The translations under genes and the position numbers were made by a program. Positions 12,169 to 26,382 of a stretch of 64,000 nt of DNA are shown here, in pieces (the first letter of the stretch is position 1; each line of letters begins with the position of its first letter). Source of the stretch: Octopus sinensis (taxonomy: Eukaryota); the NCBI RefSeq assembly GCF_006345805.1, contig NC_043004.1, positions 33,294,001 to 33,358,000 of the forward strand, given 5' to 3'. Under the pieces are notes generated by a model. That model saw nothing but the letters and a program-made list of their open reading frames with translations. It had not been told where the DNA came from and ran no database searches.

Positions 12169-12681
12169 TAGCAGTATCGCCCGGCGTTGCTCGGGTTTGT
12201 AAGGGAAATAACTATATAAGCATTTTGAGAGAGTTACTTCCCTTATAGATGCCAATTCGGGCTTTCTTAGCCATTTCTGTTTTGGTGTCTTCAAGCCATG
12301 AAGTCGTTGTTCTAAAAGAACGCTGGTCTACTTGACAACGCTTTACGACGTTGATTTCCTTACACTCCCTTCCCCACAGCTTCACGAGGGAGGGAAGAAG
12401 GGGGAGAAGCAACACAGGTGCAGGTGTGACCATGGACGCCAACTCCGCCGCCATCGACACACGAAAAATTATGCATTAAAATGGAATAAAAAATGATGTT
12501 AAATTAATTTTAAAATCGTAGACTCATCGTAGACGCGCACTAATACTCAGACTGGCTCGATATGAATCACGACTATAAGATACCCAAATTTGGTTAAACT
12601 GCACCGCAAAATGTGGGAGTAGTTAGGAATCTAAATCGAAGGGGACAGACACTCACACAACTACAGTTTTATATATAGAGA
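12168..12681 (-). mobile_element. Non-autonomous Helitron
   Basis: On the minus strand 5' A|TCTCTATATATAAAAC, 3' hairpin cccgagcaacgccggg then CTAG|T; related copy at 29709-30091. Confidence 0.85.
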
Positions 12682-13334
12682 TATATATGTGTGTGTGTAA
12701 GCATTGTTGTATCTCAGTGGGGTCATGTCAATAATAAACACACACACTGGTTCTATTTCACTTCTTTATTACTATTAGTCAATTGGTTAACGTTTAGCCA
12801 ACTAACTAATTGTTTGATTATTTAATTGATCACTCAGTCAATAATGCTAGGTTTTTCAAGGTTCTTCTGTCACTATTCAAGACCTTGGCATTGAAATGCC
12901 ATCTCTATTCTAGGTCTGCTTCAGGTCTGTCTAACTCTGGTAAATGCTATGTTTGAATTCTTAAATTTAGAACTGTCCTTTCTTCAGAATCCTAATTTCT
13001 CTTCTTTAACTTGTTGCAATTGGTTCTTACTGGTTCAAAATATTCTATAAATGGATTCTTTATTTCTTGATGTTTATTTCCCAAACTGTCAATATTGAGA
13101 TTGTATAGAACTACTTGATATTCCTGAAGTCATAGCATAATTAATTACATGAAGCTAAAGATTCATTATAGATCAAGCATTTTTAAATGGATAATTTAAT
13201 TGTCTTTAAAATACTCTATATTGCTTGATAATGCTGTAGCATGTCTTTTGTTTTCATTTAGAGATAGATTTATTGCTGAAGTTAATTATGAAATTCTTCT
13301 TGCACAATAAATTACAGAATTTTGGAGGTAGTAC

Positions 13335-13625
13335 TTGAGGTGGTTGGTGTTAGGAATGACATTAAAAGCTGTGCCAAATCAAGGCACAGGAGTACAATGC
13401 TGTCCACTCCATGTCAATGTGGCATTTCCTGAAAATGATAGTCTATGGTTTTGCATCACCATAACTTAGCAGTTTGGCAAAAGAGACCAATAAAATTATT
13501 AAGCATTTTGAAAATCTTTCAGATATTCTGTTAATGATCTTCTCATTGGTCTACAGAATAGACAGGGATTCCTCGGAGTAGAGTTGGCATCTCCTGGAAA
13601 TGATACATACAAATATACTGTGACA
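13335..13625. repeat. Local duplication of 17630-17930, first half direct and second half inverted
   Basis: 13335-13455 matches 17630-17745 directly; 13456-13600 matches the reverse complement of 17790-17925. Confidence 0.9.
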
Positions 13626-14499
13626 GTAGCTTAGTTTATTAAGGTTTTTTGCTTTGCATAATTTGCTGAGAAAACAGATCCCACTATCTTTACAATTTTA
13701 CCCAGTTTACTGTCTGCCCAGTTTACTTTCTTTATTAGGTTTCTGTTGGGCTTTTCACAAGCTTTTGTTTAAATTCTTTACTTTCAATCTCCTGGTTATT
13801 GAGCTTCTTTGGTGCTTTGAAGTATTTGTGATGTTACTTTCCATATTCTTCATACAACTATAGCTTACTTTCAAATTTCCCCTGTTAAGAAATTTATGTC
13901 TTGCAGAAAAAATGATTCTGAACTAGATTCAAGATTTCTTAGTAATTATAAATTTCACCCTGAGATTATAAAGAATAGAATAAAAGATTACAATATTTTT
14001 ATTTTATATTTATTCATTTTTGTTTCTGTTTTTAGATTTTAATTTCTATAATTGGATGTGGTTTTGTTTGAGAATGAATTAAATTTCTTATTTTTTATGG
14101 ATTCATTATTTTCTTGTAATTTATTGTAACAGTTTGCAGTTCTTTTGAAAGCTGTTTCATCTGAAGGTATTCTTTCGAGCCTTTTGGATGACTAGGTCAT
14201 TAAATGTGTAAGAAAGGGATGAGCATCTTTGTTACTGTGTAAGAGTTTTTCTGTTTGCTTGTACATAAGCAGAAACAAAAGTCAAGGCTAAGTGATGGGT
14301 GACAGTAGAAATGGCCTGGAGGGGAAAGTGAGTGATGACTGGCAGTATAGGAAGGGTGAAGATAGAGTGTATTGTGTATGAACAGTTTGATGCAATCTCT
14401 CGTACATCATTCTTGTGATGGGAGGGAGAGATAGATTTATAAGGATGCTCTGGTGTAGTCACTGATACATGGATCTGGTGAAGTGTGTGTGTGTGGGTG

Positions 14500-14536
<37 letters not shown>

Positions 14537-15188
14537 TAGAATGGTGAAGATGGTAGTAGCAGGAAGAACTGATGCAGGTAGAACCTTTATTTGTGATTGT
14601 TATATGAGCAATCACAGGTGGTGGATGAAGTGACAGAATGGTGAGCGATGTGTTGGAGAAACCTATGTTTTTAAGGGTAATAAAGTTCTTCACACATGCA
14701 CAAACACGCTTACAGACACAAGCACAAACACACAGACATGTAAACTACCTCTCCCCCTCACATTCTTTTATTCGCTAATTTGTTTCATTCATTGGACTGT
14801 GGCTATGCTGGAGCACTGTCGTGAAAGAAAATAAAAAATAAATTATGGCACACTTCATTAATTTGAATGCCTTCTTGCACATCGAGTCATGCTAAGCTTC
14901 TCTGTATTTCCGTAATTTCACTTTGTGTGTTGCTGAAGCAGTACATAACAAAAAGAAAAACATTAGGGCATTAATCATCATTTAATGCCCTGTTGTCTAT
15001 GTTCACATGGATCAGCCAGAATTTGTTGAAAGAGATTTTTCTAGAGCTGAATGCCTTTCCTGTCACCAACACTTAGCTGTTTCTTAGCCAAGTAATATTT
15101 CACCAAGAAAGATAGGAAATGAGCAGAGCAGCATCCCTTGTAAGGTGCTGATGGTCATTTACAATCATCACGTGATGTTAAGACAAAG

Positions 15189-15239
<51 letters not shown>

Positions 15240-16139
15240 ATCGGTTTGTTTCAGTTTCCATCAATGAGGCACATTCAAAAGGGTTTGGTCAGTGTGGCAC
15301 TATAGTAGAAGACACTTGCCAAAGATGCTGGAGAGTGGGACTGAACTGAAGACCACATGGTTAAGAATCAAACTTCTTAACCAGACTGGTGTCTCTTCTT
15401 GGTGGAAATTATTTACTGAGAATCTGACGTAAAATTAAAGAATGTACAAAATGTCACAGAAGTGTTGTTTATGCATTCTGAAATGATGAAGCTCCTTTCA
15501 AATAGAAGATTTTCTTACAGTTAACACACTTAATTGAATATCTCTTTGCATAGACACTGCTGTGCATTATTCCAGTTCTATAATACACCATTCATAGATT
15601 CCCCCAACAGCTTAACTATTTCATAGACACACAACCACTATATACAACTAACTATCTAGCGTTATCTAAACACTACTTTGGAAGGAAGCCTTGGAGGAGA
15701 ATAATACACTTTTAATAATGTCAGGTGCTGAAGTCAAGATAGAGGAAAATATAAAAATATGAAAATATATTCATGAACAGATAACGTACCTCCTAGTTCT
15801 ATTACAACAACAACAAATTAATAAAAGAAAATAACAATGATAATAATAATAATAATAATAGAGATGGAAATGTAAATGAAATATTGAAATTAAAATAAAA
15901 TAATTTAGAATTAATGAAATGAAATTTTATGTAAAATGTAAAACAAGAAAATAAACAAATCTAACTCCCCAACAAAAAAAAAACAAAAACAAAGAAAAAA
16001 AGGAAAAACTGATAAATGATCCCAGAAATAAGTAATGAAATGACAGGAAAAATTAATTTTATTCAACTCATTTCCTTAATTTTTTAGATTTTTCATTTTT
16101 TTTGTAATATTGTCTTTCAATTTAATAATTTGCTTTATG

Positions 16140-17040
<901 letters not shown>

Positions 17041-17790
17041 ATCTTTTGTCAAATATTAATTAAATATTCTACAACTACCATTGCCAAAGAAGCAATATAT
17101 TGAAGGGAGGGAGTGGAGAGTGTTATTCAACCACCAGGCTTGACATATAGAAACACATTGATATTGATAAACCAGTATAAATATGATATCATACTCAACC
17201 GAGAATGTGCACTCCTACTATAATCACCCTCACATGCACCCGAATCCTTTTCTTTATCTCTCTCTCTCTCTCTCTCTACTCTTGCTTTTGTTTTTCTTCC
17301 ACTTCTTCCTCTCTCTCTCTCTCCCCTTTTACTCTTATTTTTCTTTTTTTCTCATTTTTCTATTATAAAATATTTGAACGAAAAGGAAAAAAATAAAGAG
17401 TGTAAAAATTATTGCAGATATATATTGTATGGTACACGGATATTGTGGTTTTATGTTGTTCGTTGGTGATACTGTCTTTAGAGTTTTAAGTGCATGAAGT
17501 AGGTTCAATTCCTGATTAAGTTGTGTCATTTCATTTACTCCTCTTATTTTTGAAATCTCTAAACGGAGGTTTGTTTATATGTTTACACACACACACACAT
17601 GGCATCATGAAGAAGTACTCAATGCTCACATGAGGTGGTTGGTGTTAGGAATGACATTAAAAGCTGAGCAAAATCAAGGCACAGGAGCACAATTCTGTCC
17701 ATTCCATGTCAATATGGCATTTCCTGAAAATGATAGTCTATGCTTTTGTATACTTTACGATGGACCGAGTTACATTATACATAAATTTAC

Positions 17791-17870
17791 CTTTTCCAGG
17801 AGATGTCATCTCTACTCCGAGGAATCCCTGTCTATTCTGTAGACCAATGAGAAGATCATTAATAGAATTT
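17791..17870 (-). CDS. Candidate 80-nt exon (NSINDLLIGLQNRQGFLGVEMTSPGK), product unknown
   Basis: Acceptor gagtctttcag, donor AAG|gtaaat, one open frame; no recognised homology. Confidence 0.22.
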
Positions 17871-19218
17871 CTGAAAGACTCTCAAAATGCCTACTAATTT
17901 TATTGGTTTCCAAACTGCTAAGTTATGGGGATGTAAACACACCAACACTAGTTGTGAAGCAGTGGGCAGGTGGGCGGGGGACAAACACAGATATAGGATC
18001 CCACACACATAGTGGTAAGAAATTCTCAAAACATCTGAAAGGCAGAAGGTTTTCTGAGAAGAACCCCACCATCTCTGGTCAGGATTCTTAGGTTCCCTTC
18101 TGCTCACAGTGTTTAACCACGTAGATCTCAGAGACTTGTGCATTTAAACCACTTGGAAATTTCATCTAGTTGTAACTTCTGTCCAATGACTTACCTTTCA
18201 GCATATATATATATAAGTAACTGATAGGATAAGTACTAGGCTTACAAAGAATAAGTCCTGGGTCAATTTGCTTGACTAAAGGCGGTGCTCTTGCATGGCC
18301 ACAGTCAAATGACTGAAACAAGTAAAAGAGTGAAAGAGTAAAAGAGTATATATATATATATATATATATATGTTGTGATTGATTACTAGCACAAGTTTTT
18401 GTATTCTCTCTCTGTTTATTTTCTCCTGTTCCTTTCCGTTAAAGTGTGTAGGCTCAAAACATAAAAGACCTTTTCATTTTCCCAAGTGTCAAACCAATAC
18501 ACCTGCCTGTTGTTCATACATCTGTCTTCGTCCTTTGTTTTTCTGTAAATTTCAACTACATATATATATACATATATATACATATATGCACACACACACA
18601 CAAATATAAATAGTGGATTCTTTCACTTTCCATCTATCAAATCCACTCACAAGACTTTGGTCAGCCCAATGCTATAGAAGACACTTGCCCAAGGTGCTAT
18701 GCAATGGGAATGAACCTGGAATCCACACCTTTTTTATTTTTTTGGTTTTTATTTTGTTTTGGTCACTTTTAAATTTTAGTTTATGTGTCGGGAGTTCATA
18801 TCCCTTGGTAGACATATCAGTGGAACCTTAGAGAAATATAATTAAATCTGCCTCAAATAATTGCTAATTAATTGGATAATTTAATTAGTTTAATTGATTT
18901 AGTTATTGTCCAATCAGACAGCATATTAATTGAGACAAATACTTAACTAATAAACTTCTAAATAATTCCAACCAAACTCTTTGCTAATGAGGAAGTAAGG
19001 ATTAAATAAGACCAGCCAAATATGATGACCTCTTAGCTGGCTCTCTTACATGGAAACGACCAATTAAATATGTGTGTGTGTGCATATGTGTGCAGATGCA
19101 TATAAGTATGTGTGTGCATTTGTGTGTATATTACATATACACACACACACACACATTTATATATATATCTGCATGCACAAATATACTTACATAGATATTA
19201 GATACATACAAATATATA

Positions 19219-19254
<36 letters not shown>

Positions 19255-19284
19255 TGTATGTATGTATGTATATATATATATATG

Positions 19285-19357
<73 letters not shown>

Positions 19358-19406
19358 GTATATGTATATGTATATATATATTTTCATTTAGAGATAGTAG
19401 GCACCC

Positions 19407-19438
<32 letters not shown>

Positions 19439-19554
19439 TTATATATATATATACATATACATGTATGTATGTGTGTGTGTCTGTGTGTGCATGTGTCTGT
19501 GTCTGTAGAAAGTCAATTAGGAACAAATTATGAAAAGAAAGTTGATCACCTCAC

Positions 19555-19605
19555 CGAAGATAGTTCTGCGAATTGATGCAGAATTTCACCGAATCCTTTG
19601 AGTGT
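19555..19605 (-). CDS. Candidate 51-nt exon (TLKGFGEILHQFAELSS or HSKDSVKFCINSQNYL), product unknown
   Basis: Donor TCG|gtgagg, moderate acceptor catatttag, CpG retention relative to flanks. Confidence 0.2.
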
Positions 19606-19734
19606 CTAAATATGATTTATTTTATAGAAGGTAATGCCATATTTTGAATTAATATAACAATAATACAGAACCAGTTGAAACTTTAGTTGTGCACTGAAAT
19701 TATTCTAGAATTCTTTTCTTTTCTTTTTCTTTTT

Positions 19735-20130
19735 CTTTTTACTTGTTTCAGTCATTTCACTGCGGCCATGCTGGAGCACCGCCTTTAGTCGAGCAAATCG
19801 ACCCCGGAACTTATTCTTTGTAAGCCCAGTACTTATTCTATCGGTCTCTTTTGCCGAACCGCTAAGTGACGTGGACGTAAACACACCAGCATCGGTTGTC
19901 AGGCAATGCTAGGGGGACAAACACAGACACACACACACACACACACACATACATATATATATACATATATACGACAGGCTTCTTTCAGTTTCCGTCTACC
20001 AAATCCACTCACAAGGCATTGGTCGGCCCGGGGCTATAGCAGAAGACACTTGCCCAAGATGCCACACAGTGGGACTGAACCCGGAACCATGTGGTTGGTT
20101 AGCAAGCTACTTACCACACAGCCACTCCTG
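19735..20130 (-). mobile_element. Full-length, young family A SINE
   Basis: Reverse complement of family A with CpGs intact. Confidence 0.9.
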
Positions 20131-20799
20131 CATCTACAGAATCTATAAATAAAATCAATAGATTCTGCTGATAGAAACCCGCTTCCAATTTGTTGAATTA
20201 TTTCTTGAAACAACTGCAGTGAGGCATCTGCTTTGATTTCTGTCTAGTTTGATCAACTTCGTTTCATGGACTCAATGAGGCAGTTTGATACGAAGGTTTT
20301 ATGTTCTGCTGAGGTTGAATTCACCTTTCATCTTTTCGGGGTTGATAAAATAAGTACCTGTTGAACACTGGAGTCAATGCAATTGAGGTACCCACCCCCA
20401 TCGAAATTACTGGCTTTGTGCCAAAATTCGAAATCGATATATTAGATTGAGCATGGAATGGTGATGACAACAATGATGATGATTATGAAGATGATGATGA
20501 GGCAGAGGGGGAGGATAAAAAAGAGCATTATTAACCTCATTAACCCCAGAGAGTGTGCTGTGTATGACAACTGGCAATAACAGAGGGACAGTAGGCATAA
20601 TGTTCCTGTCCAGTTCACACTTCATCTACTTTTATTACCTTTGTTCACAATAAGCAAATCAATGAGGGTGTTAGTATAAGATCATTATTCCAACAAGAAA
20701 CAACAGCCAAATCTCATTTAAAAACAGCCTGCCATCTTAAATAATGAAATAAGGATACATTGGATCTGTGGGTTTTGAGGATTGGAAAGAAGGCAGACA

Positions 20800-21335
20800 T
20801 ATTCATACAAGTATTGCGACTGGAGCTTATAAAAAGAAAACTACAACAGGTATAATTTCAGCATTTAGTCTCCTTTGAAGTTGTCCCCTTCAGAAGTCAC
20901 TTCCATTGATGGAAGCATTCCTGGAACTCCTTTTTGGAGACAGACAGCAGGTACCTTGTCACATTCTCATGGATTTCCTCAATGTCTTGAAAACTTATTA
21001 AGGTCTTCCATTATGAAAACTGAACCTTGGTTTCGGGATCATAGCCATAGACCCACAATTCGTCACCTGTTATGACTGTTTTCAAAAAGGTGTCCATCTT
21101 CCTCATCACATTCAAAGAGATACTGTGCAGCTGAAACCTAATAATCTTCTTGAGGCAACCACACTCTACACGCTTTACTCCCAAGTACTACTACAAACAA
21201 AGGAAATGAATGAGAATGTTATAACTTTGTGTGCATGTTTGACAAAGTTCAAGGTGAGTCTGTGCGAAGCAGCTTCACTCAGTTTACTTTGCACCATTAC
21301 TATAGCAACAACCTCAATACATTTTGATAAGAATT
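20800..21335 (-). mobile_element. Internally deleted mariner (Tc1/mariner) remnant
   Basis: Minus strand reads FLKTVITGDELWVYGYDPETK joined to FQDIEEIHENVTRYL...KEFQECFHQWK, both typical of mariner transposases. Confidence 0.85.
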
Positions 21336-21391
21336 TATTTGAAAATTACTATTTTTTAAAATCTTACAATGAGAGATATTCAACAATAGTA

Positions 21392-21642
21392 CTTTGGAGT
21401 AAAGATTTTTGCCAACACAACATGGCAGTCCTGGTTTAGGATGGAAATAACCCAGAAATCGCAATACACAGATATTGTTTTGAGCTGAGTTGGTGTGCTA
21501 GATTCCCTTGTTCGAAAATATAAGGACACAGATCATATCATATTGCCAGCTGGAGACAATGTCTCCTGGGGCTAAATTACAGCAACATTCGTCCTAAACC
21601 AGGACTGCCATGTTATGTTGGCAAACAATCTTTACTCCAAAG
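21392..21642. repeat. ~52-bp inverted repeat pair around a ~145-bp spacer (MITE-like)
   Basis: ctttggagtaaagatt...ggtttaggatg (21392-21443) vs cgtcctaaacc...ctttactccaaag (21590-21642). Confidence 0.85.
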
Positions 21643-22304
21643 AATTTATTCATTTAATAAAATTAAGTTTGCTTTCGAAGTTTTAAAATTGTCCAATTCC
21701 ATGATGAAGAAAGAAAAATTATGTTAATGTACACTAAAGAATGGTGAATTATATAGACTCAAACTCTGTTTTGCCTTCTCATTAATGGAGTGGGGTGGGT
21801 CAAAATTATCTGGGAGAAACCTGGTATTTGTCTGACTGCAATCTGCCACATTAGATTGTATAATCCAACAAAGATGTAATGGCCATGACTAGAATGCTTT
21901 GATTGTAGTTTGCTTGTTCAAGGCTAACCTGAGTCTTAACAATAACAACAGGTAGTTCAGTGAAGGATTCTGTATATGTTTAGTTGACATGCAAGAGATA
22001 ACAGCCAATATGTCCTTCATAATTTCCCTCTACCATCTTATAATTAGATTAAAATATTAGCTAATATAAACCTAAATACAATATAGTACCAGAGAAGATA
22101 GAATGGTTGCAGCTGGAATGTCTGTGAAATAATGGTAATAGTGAAAAGAACATGCTATCTAACACTACAGATGGTTGAAATCTGAAAGTGAAGAATTTAC
22201 GCAATACAGATTTTGAAATCTGTAAAAGAAAGGTGTTTTCAACAGAATTTCCTTCCTAACAGAGACAAAACCATTTACTAAAACTTCACAGATTTCATAT
22301 ACAC

Positions 22305-22381
22305 CGTGTTTTAGAAAGCGTAACAATAACAACGCGAGTAGAGACTGGAACAACGGTTATTGTCTTCTTTTTCAAAGTGGT
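22305..22381 (-). CDS. Candidate 77-nt exon (NHFEKKTITVVPVSTRVVIVTLSKT), product unknown
   Basis: Strong acceptor ttttttcatattctcttcag, weaker donor ACG|gtgtat, CpG-rich, one open frame. Confidence 0.2.
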
Positions 22382-22499
22382 TCTGAAGAGAATATGAAAA
22401 AACACAAATTTCAACGCACAAATACAAACCAGATAAACATAACAATATAACATTAGCAGTATAGCAAAATGCTTTCATGGAACTTTAAAAAACATTATA

Positions 22500-22752
22500 A
22501 TAGGTGCTGGCATGGATGTGGCATAACTAGTTTGCTTCCCAACCTCATGGTTCCTAGTTCAGTCCCACTGCCTGGCACTGTGGGTAAGTGTCTTATAGCC
22601 TTGTGCTCATCAAAGCCCTGCGAATGGATTTGATAGACAGAAACTGAAAGAAGCTCATCTGGGCAAGTGTCTTCTGCTATAGCCCCGGGCCGACCAATGC
22701 CTTGTGAGTGGATTTGGTAGACGGAAACTGAAAGAATCCTGTCGTATATATG

Positions 22753-22812
<60 letters not shown>

Positions 22813-23025
22813 TGTGTTTGTCCCCCTAGCATTGCTTGACAACCGATGCTGGTGTGTTTACGTCCCCGTCACTTAGCGGTTCGGCAAAAAGAGCCCGATA
22901 GAATAAGTACTGGGCTTACAAAGAATAAGTCCCGGGGTCGATTTGCTCGACTAAAGGCGGTGCTCCAGCATGGCTGCAGTTAAATGACTGAAACAAGTAA
23001 AAGAGTAAAAGAGAGTAAAAGAGTG
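22500..23025 (+). mobile_element. Family A SINE with duplicated 5' core (older half joined to a younger copy)
   Basis: Core segment gg[g/t]aagtgtctt...gaaactgaaagaa occurs twice (22560-22660 and 22660-22740). Confidence 0.85.
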
Positions 23026-23507
23026 TGTGTGTGTTTATGTTCCTATGACTTAGCAGTTAAGCAAATGGAACTATTGAATAAGTGCCAGGCTGAAAAAAAA
23101 AAAGGTAATAAGCCCTGGGTGGGGTTGATTTGTTCAGCTAAAATTTGTGAAGGTGGTGCTCCAGTATGGTCGCAGTTCAATAACTGAAGCAAGTAAAAAA
23201 ATAAAAAAATAGACCATTACACAGAGTTCACAGATATCTCAGTAAATAACTGAGCAACAACAGGGAACACTTTATATTCCTAATCACAGCTTGAAAAGTA
23301 AAAAATAGGATAAACTGTGGTTATGATATTGATAGCATACCTAAAACTCTGCATCCAGTAAATATATAATATATTTATATATACCTCAACAAACTTGGAC
23401 ATTGTTAGCTATGAAATGCATTTGAAATACAGACAATCAAATTTAAAACCAAAACAGCAATGTGAAACATTTAAACCCTTTTTTTACTATATTTCTATTA
23501 AAATAAG

Positions 23508-23900
23508 GTGGTGAGCTGGCAGAAACGTTAGCGCACCGGACAAAATGATTAGCGGTATTTTGTCTGCCGTTACGTTCTGAGTTCAAATTCCGCCGAGGTC
23601 GACTTTGCCTTTCATCCTTTCAGAGTTGATAAATTAAGTACCAGTTACGCACTGGGGTCGATATAATCGACTTAATCCGTTTGTCTGTCCTAGTTTGTCC
23701 CCTCTGTGTGTAGCCTCTTGTGGGTAGTAAAGAAATAGGTATTTTGTCTGTCATTTCAATCTGAGTTCAAATTCTGCTGAAGTCAACTTTGCCTTTCATC
23801 CTTTTAGAGTCTATAAATTAAGTACCAGTAATGCACTGGGGTCGATCTAATTGACTCATCCCCACCTCCAAATATTTCGGGCCTTGTGCCTAGAAAAGAA
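23508..23900 (+). mobile_element. Family C tRNA-like SINE plus a tandem partial copy
   Basis: ggtgagctggcagaaacgttagc head, gagttcaaattcc B-box-like, ttgcctttcatcc core repeated. Confidence 0.8.
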
Positions 23901-24110
23901 TATTTCTGTTGTAATACGCTGCTTTTGTTTCAATTAATTTTGAAAAGCATGAAAACTTAATTAAAATTATGCTGCCATTATTAAGTTGGTGCTTAGAACA
24001 AATTGATGTGAAATTTCGATGGGAAGTTTTCAATTTAGAGAATTTTAGAATATGAAATTTGTATCATAGAACCAGGGTTTGTATCAGATGCATGGGTGTC
24101 AAAAGAATTG
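23895..24110. mobile_element. AT-rich interspersed repeat (same family as 34975-35300 and 62781-63395)
   Basis: Shared ttgtttcaattaattttgaaa...aaatttcgatggg motifs. Confidence 0.6.
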
Positions 24111-24374
24111 ATGTAATAAATTCATATAATGAACAATCTTCCTAACCATCCAACGAGATGCATAAGCAGCCACAGCAGTTTAAGAGACTCATAAACATCA
24201 CCATTGAAGGAAATACACGAGACATCCTGGTACCAAAACAATACAAATAACACAAGGACTGACACAACAGTGTCTTGACTAAATTCTTTTCAAAATCCTA
24301 ATCCTGAAACATCCGACTGACTCCACCAGGACATTACAACAACTCTTCTTCAGATGTCATGTTCTGCGACAGGC

Positions 24375-24563
24375 AACTAACCATCACTACCACCACCACC
24401 ACCACCATCATCACCACTGCCACCATCGCCGCCGCCGCTATCGCGCCGCCGCTATCGCCGCCGCCGCTGTCGCCGCCGCCGCTGTCGCTGCCGCCGCTGT
24501 CGCCGCCGCCGCTGTCGCCGCCGCCGCTACGCCGCTACCGCCGCCGCCGCCGCCGCCGCCGCC

Positions 24564-24604
<41 letters not shown>

Positions 24605-24710
24605 TCCGCCGCCGCCGCCGCCGCTCCGCCGCCGCCGCCGCCGCCGCCACCGCCGCCGTCACAGCCGCCGCTACCGCCGCCGCTGCCGCCGCCGCTGCCG
24701 CCGCCGCTGC

Positions 24711-24748
<38 letters not shown>

Positions 24749-24965
24749 CGCCGCTGCCGCCGCCGCTACCGCCACCGCTACCGCCGCCGCTACCGCCGCC
24801 GCTACCGCCGCCGCTGCTACCGCCGCCGCCGCCGCCGCCGCCGCTACGCCGCTACCGCCGCTACCGCCGCCGCCATCTCCGTCACCGCCATCGCCGCCAC
24901 CGCCACCATCGCCACCGCTGCCGCCATCGCCGCCACCATCGCTGCCACCATCACCACCACTGCCA
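24375..24965. repeat. ~0.5-kb (CCG)n tract with ACC/ATC/CTG flanks
   Basis: Direct reading; nearly pure CCG at 24530-24850. Confidence 0.97.
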
Positions 24966-24999
24966 TCATAAAGTTATAAGTGCAATATCCAACTGCATG

Positions 25000-25250
25000 T
25001 TTTGTCCTTGAGCAAGACACTTTATTTCACGTTGCTCCAGATCCACTCAGCTGGCAAAAATGAGTTGTACATATGATATCAAAGGGACCAGCCGTGTCAC
25101 ATTTCTGTGTCACACCGAACCTCCCTGAGAACTACATTGAGGGTACGCATGTCTGTGGAATACTCAACCACTTTCACATTAATTTCAAAAGTAGGTTGTT
25201 CTACTGATCGACTCAACTGGAATCTTTGTTGTTATAACAAGCAGAGTGCC
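25000..25250 (+). mobile_element. Family D SINE, 5'-truncated
   Basis: tgtccttgagcaagacactttatttcac...ctccctgagaactac; similar to 37397-37720 and 38913-39223. Confidence 0.8.
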
Positions 25251-26351
25251 TGGTTAATCATTAAAACAACACACTTATCAATCATGGAAGAAAGAACAGC
25301 TTCCAACCATCAAAAGAACCAAATGGAATCATTTTCACCAAGAAACAGAACCAAGATTCAACACTATCACAATCGATAATATAAACGCTGTAGCATATAT
25401 TCTATATTCTATAGAATGAATTGTAAAGACATTAAAAAAAATAAACATGCCACAAGGCGACATAAATAATGCATCTCCAATTACACAAGTGAAATAGCCA
25501 ACTTGATACAGCCTAGGGAGAGCCTTAAACGATATATCAATCCACACACACACACGAACACTGCAGAACAGAATGACACTCTGCGTTCAGCTACTAAACA
25601 TGGAAAAAACATGAAACAAAACCATAGAAAAATGGTCCAAATTGTCTCCAGCATAAATCATAAAAACAAGCACCGAACACAATAACAAATAATTAACATC
25701 GTCAACGACTTCAACAATGGACACCTCGTCTTATTTCATGTCATATTAAGATACTAAAATAACTTTTGCTCATTTCCAAAAGCAAACAGGCTTGTTTATT
25801 GAATGTTTTGCCAAAAGTCAGCCATGGAATATTTGGATTCTATTTGTTCACTGGTCAGTTCAGTCAGGGTGGTCCAAGGGCTAAATCGCAAATTGCAACA
25901 GGAAATAGTTTGATCATTGGAGAAAATAGAGGCCCAAGTTTTCACACTGTGGCCCATATGTACAGGTCAGAGCAGTTCTTAGCTTCAGAAAAGAACACTA
26001 GTGTAGCTAAAAGAGGTTATATGTATGTGTGTGTGTGCTTATGTATGTATGTATGTATGTATGTATGTATGTATGTATGTATGCAGGAATGTATGAATGT
26101 ATGTGTATGTATATATCTATGTGTATGTGTGTATGTATGTATGTATGTATGTATTTATGCATGTATGTGTGCATGTATGCCATTATTCAATTTTATTTCA
26201 AGATTTCTTGCCAATAGAGAAAGAGCTGGTTTCTAACCTAGATTCATGACTCCTTCACTGGAATTTCAACATCAACAACAAGGTATTTATGTATGTGTGA
26301 ATGAATGAATGTATGTATGTATGTATGTATGTATGTATGTATGTATGTATG

Positions 26352-26382
<31 letters not shown>

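Noticed and set aside
24424-24935. ADAR hyper-editing (A-to-G) origin of the CCG tract from an ACC array
   Set aside because: The remaining A residues mostly follow T, the context ADAR prefers, so the pattern is opposite to expectation
24359-24979. 206-aa Pro/Ala/Arg ORF
   Set aside because: It is a translation of the CCG tract with frame drift, and has no splice or homology support
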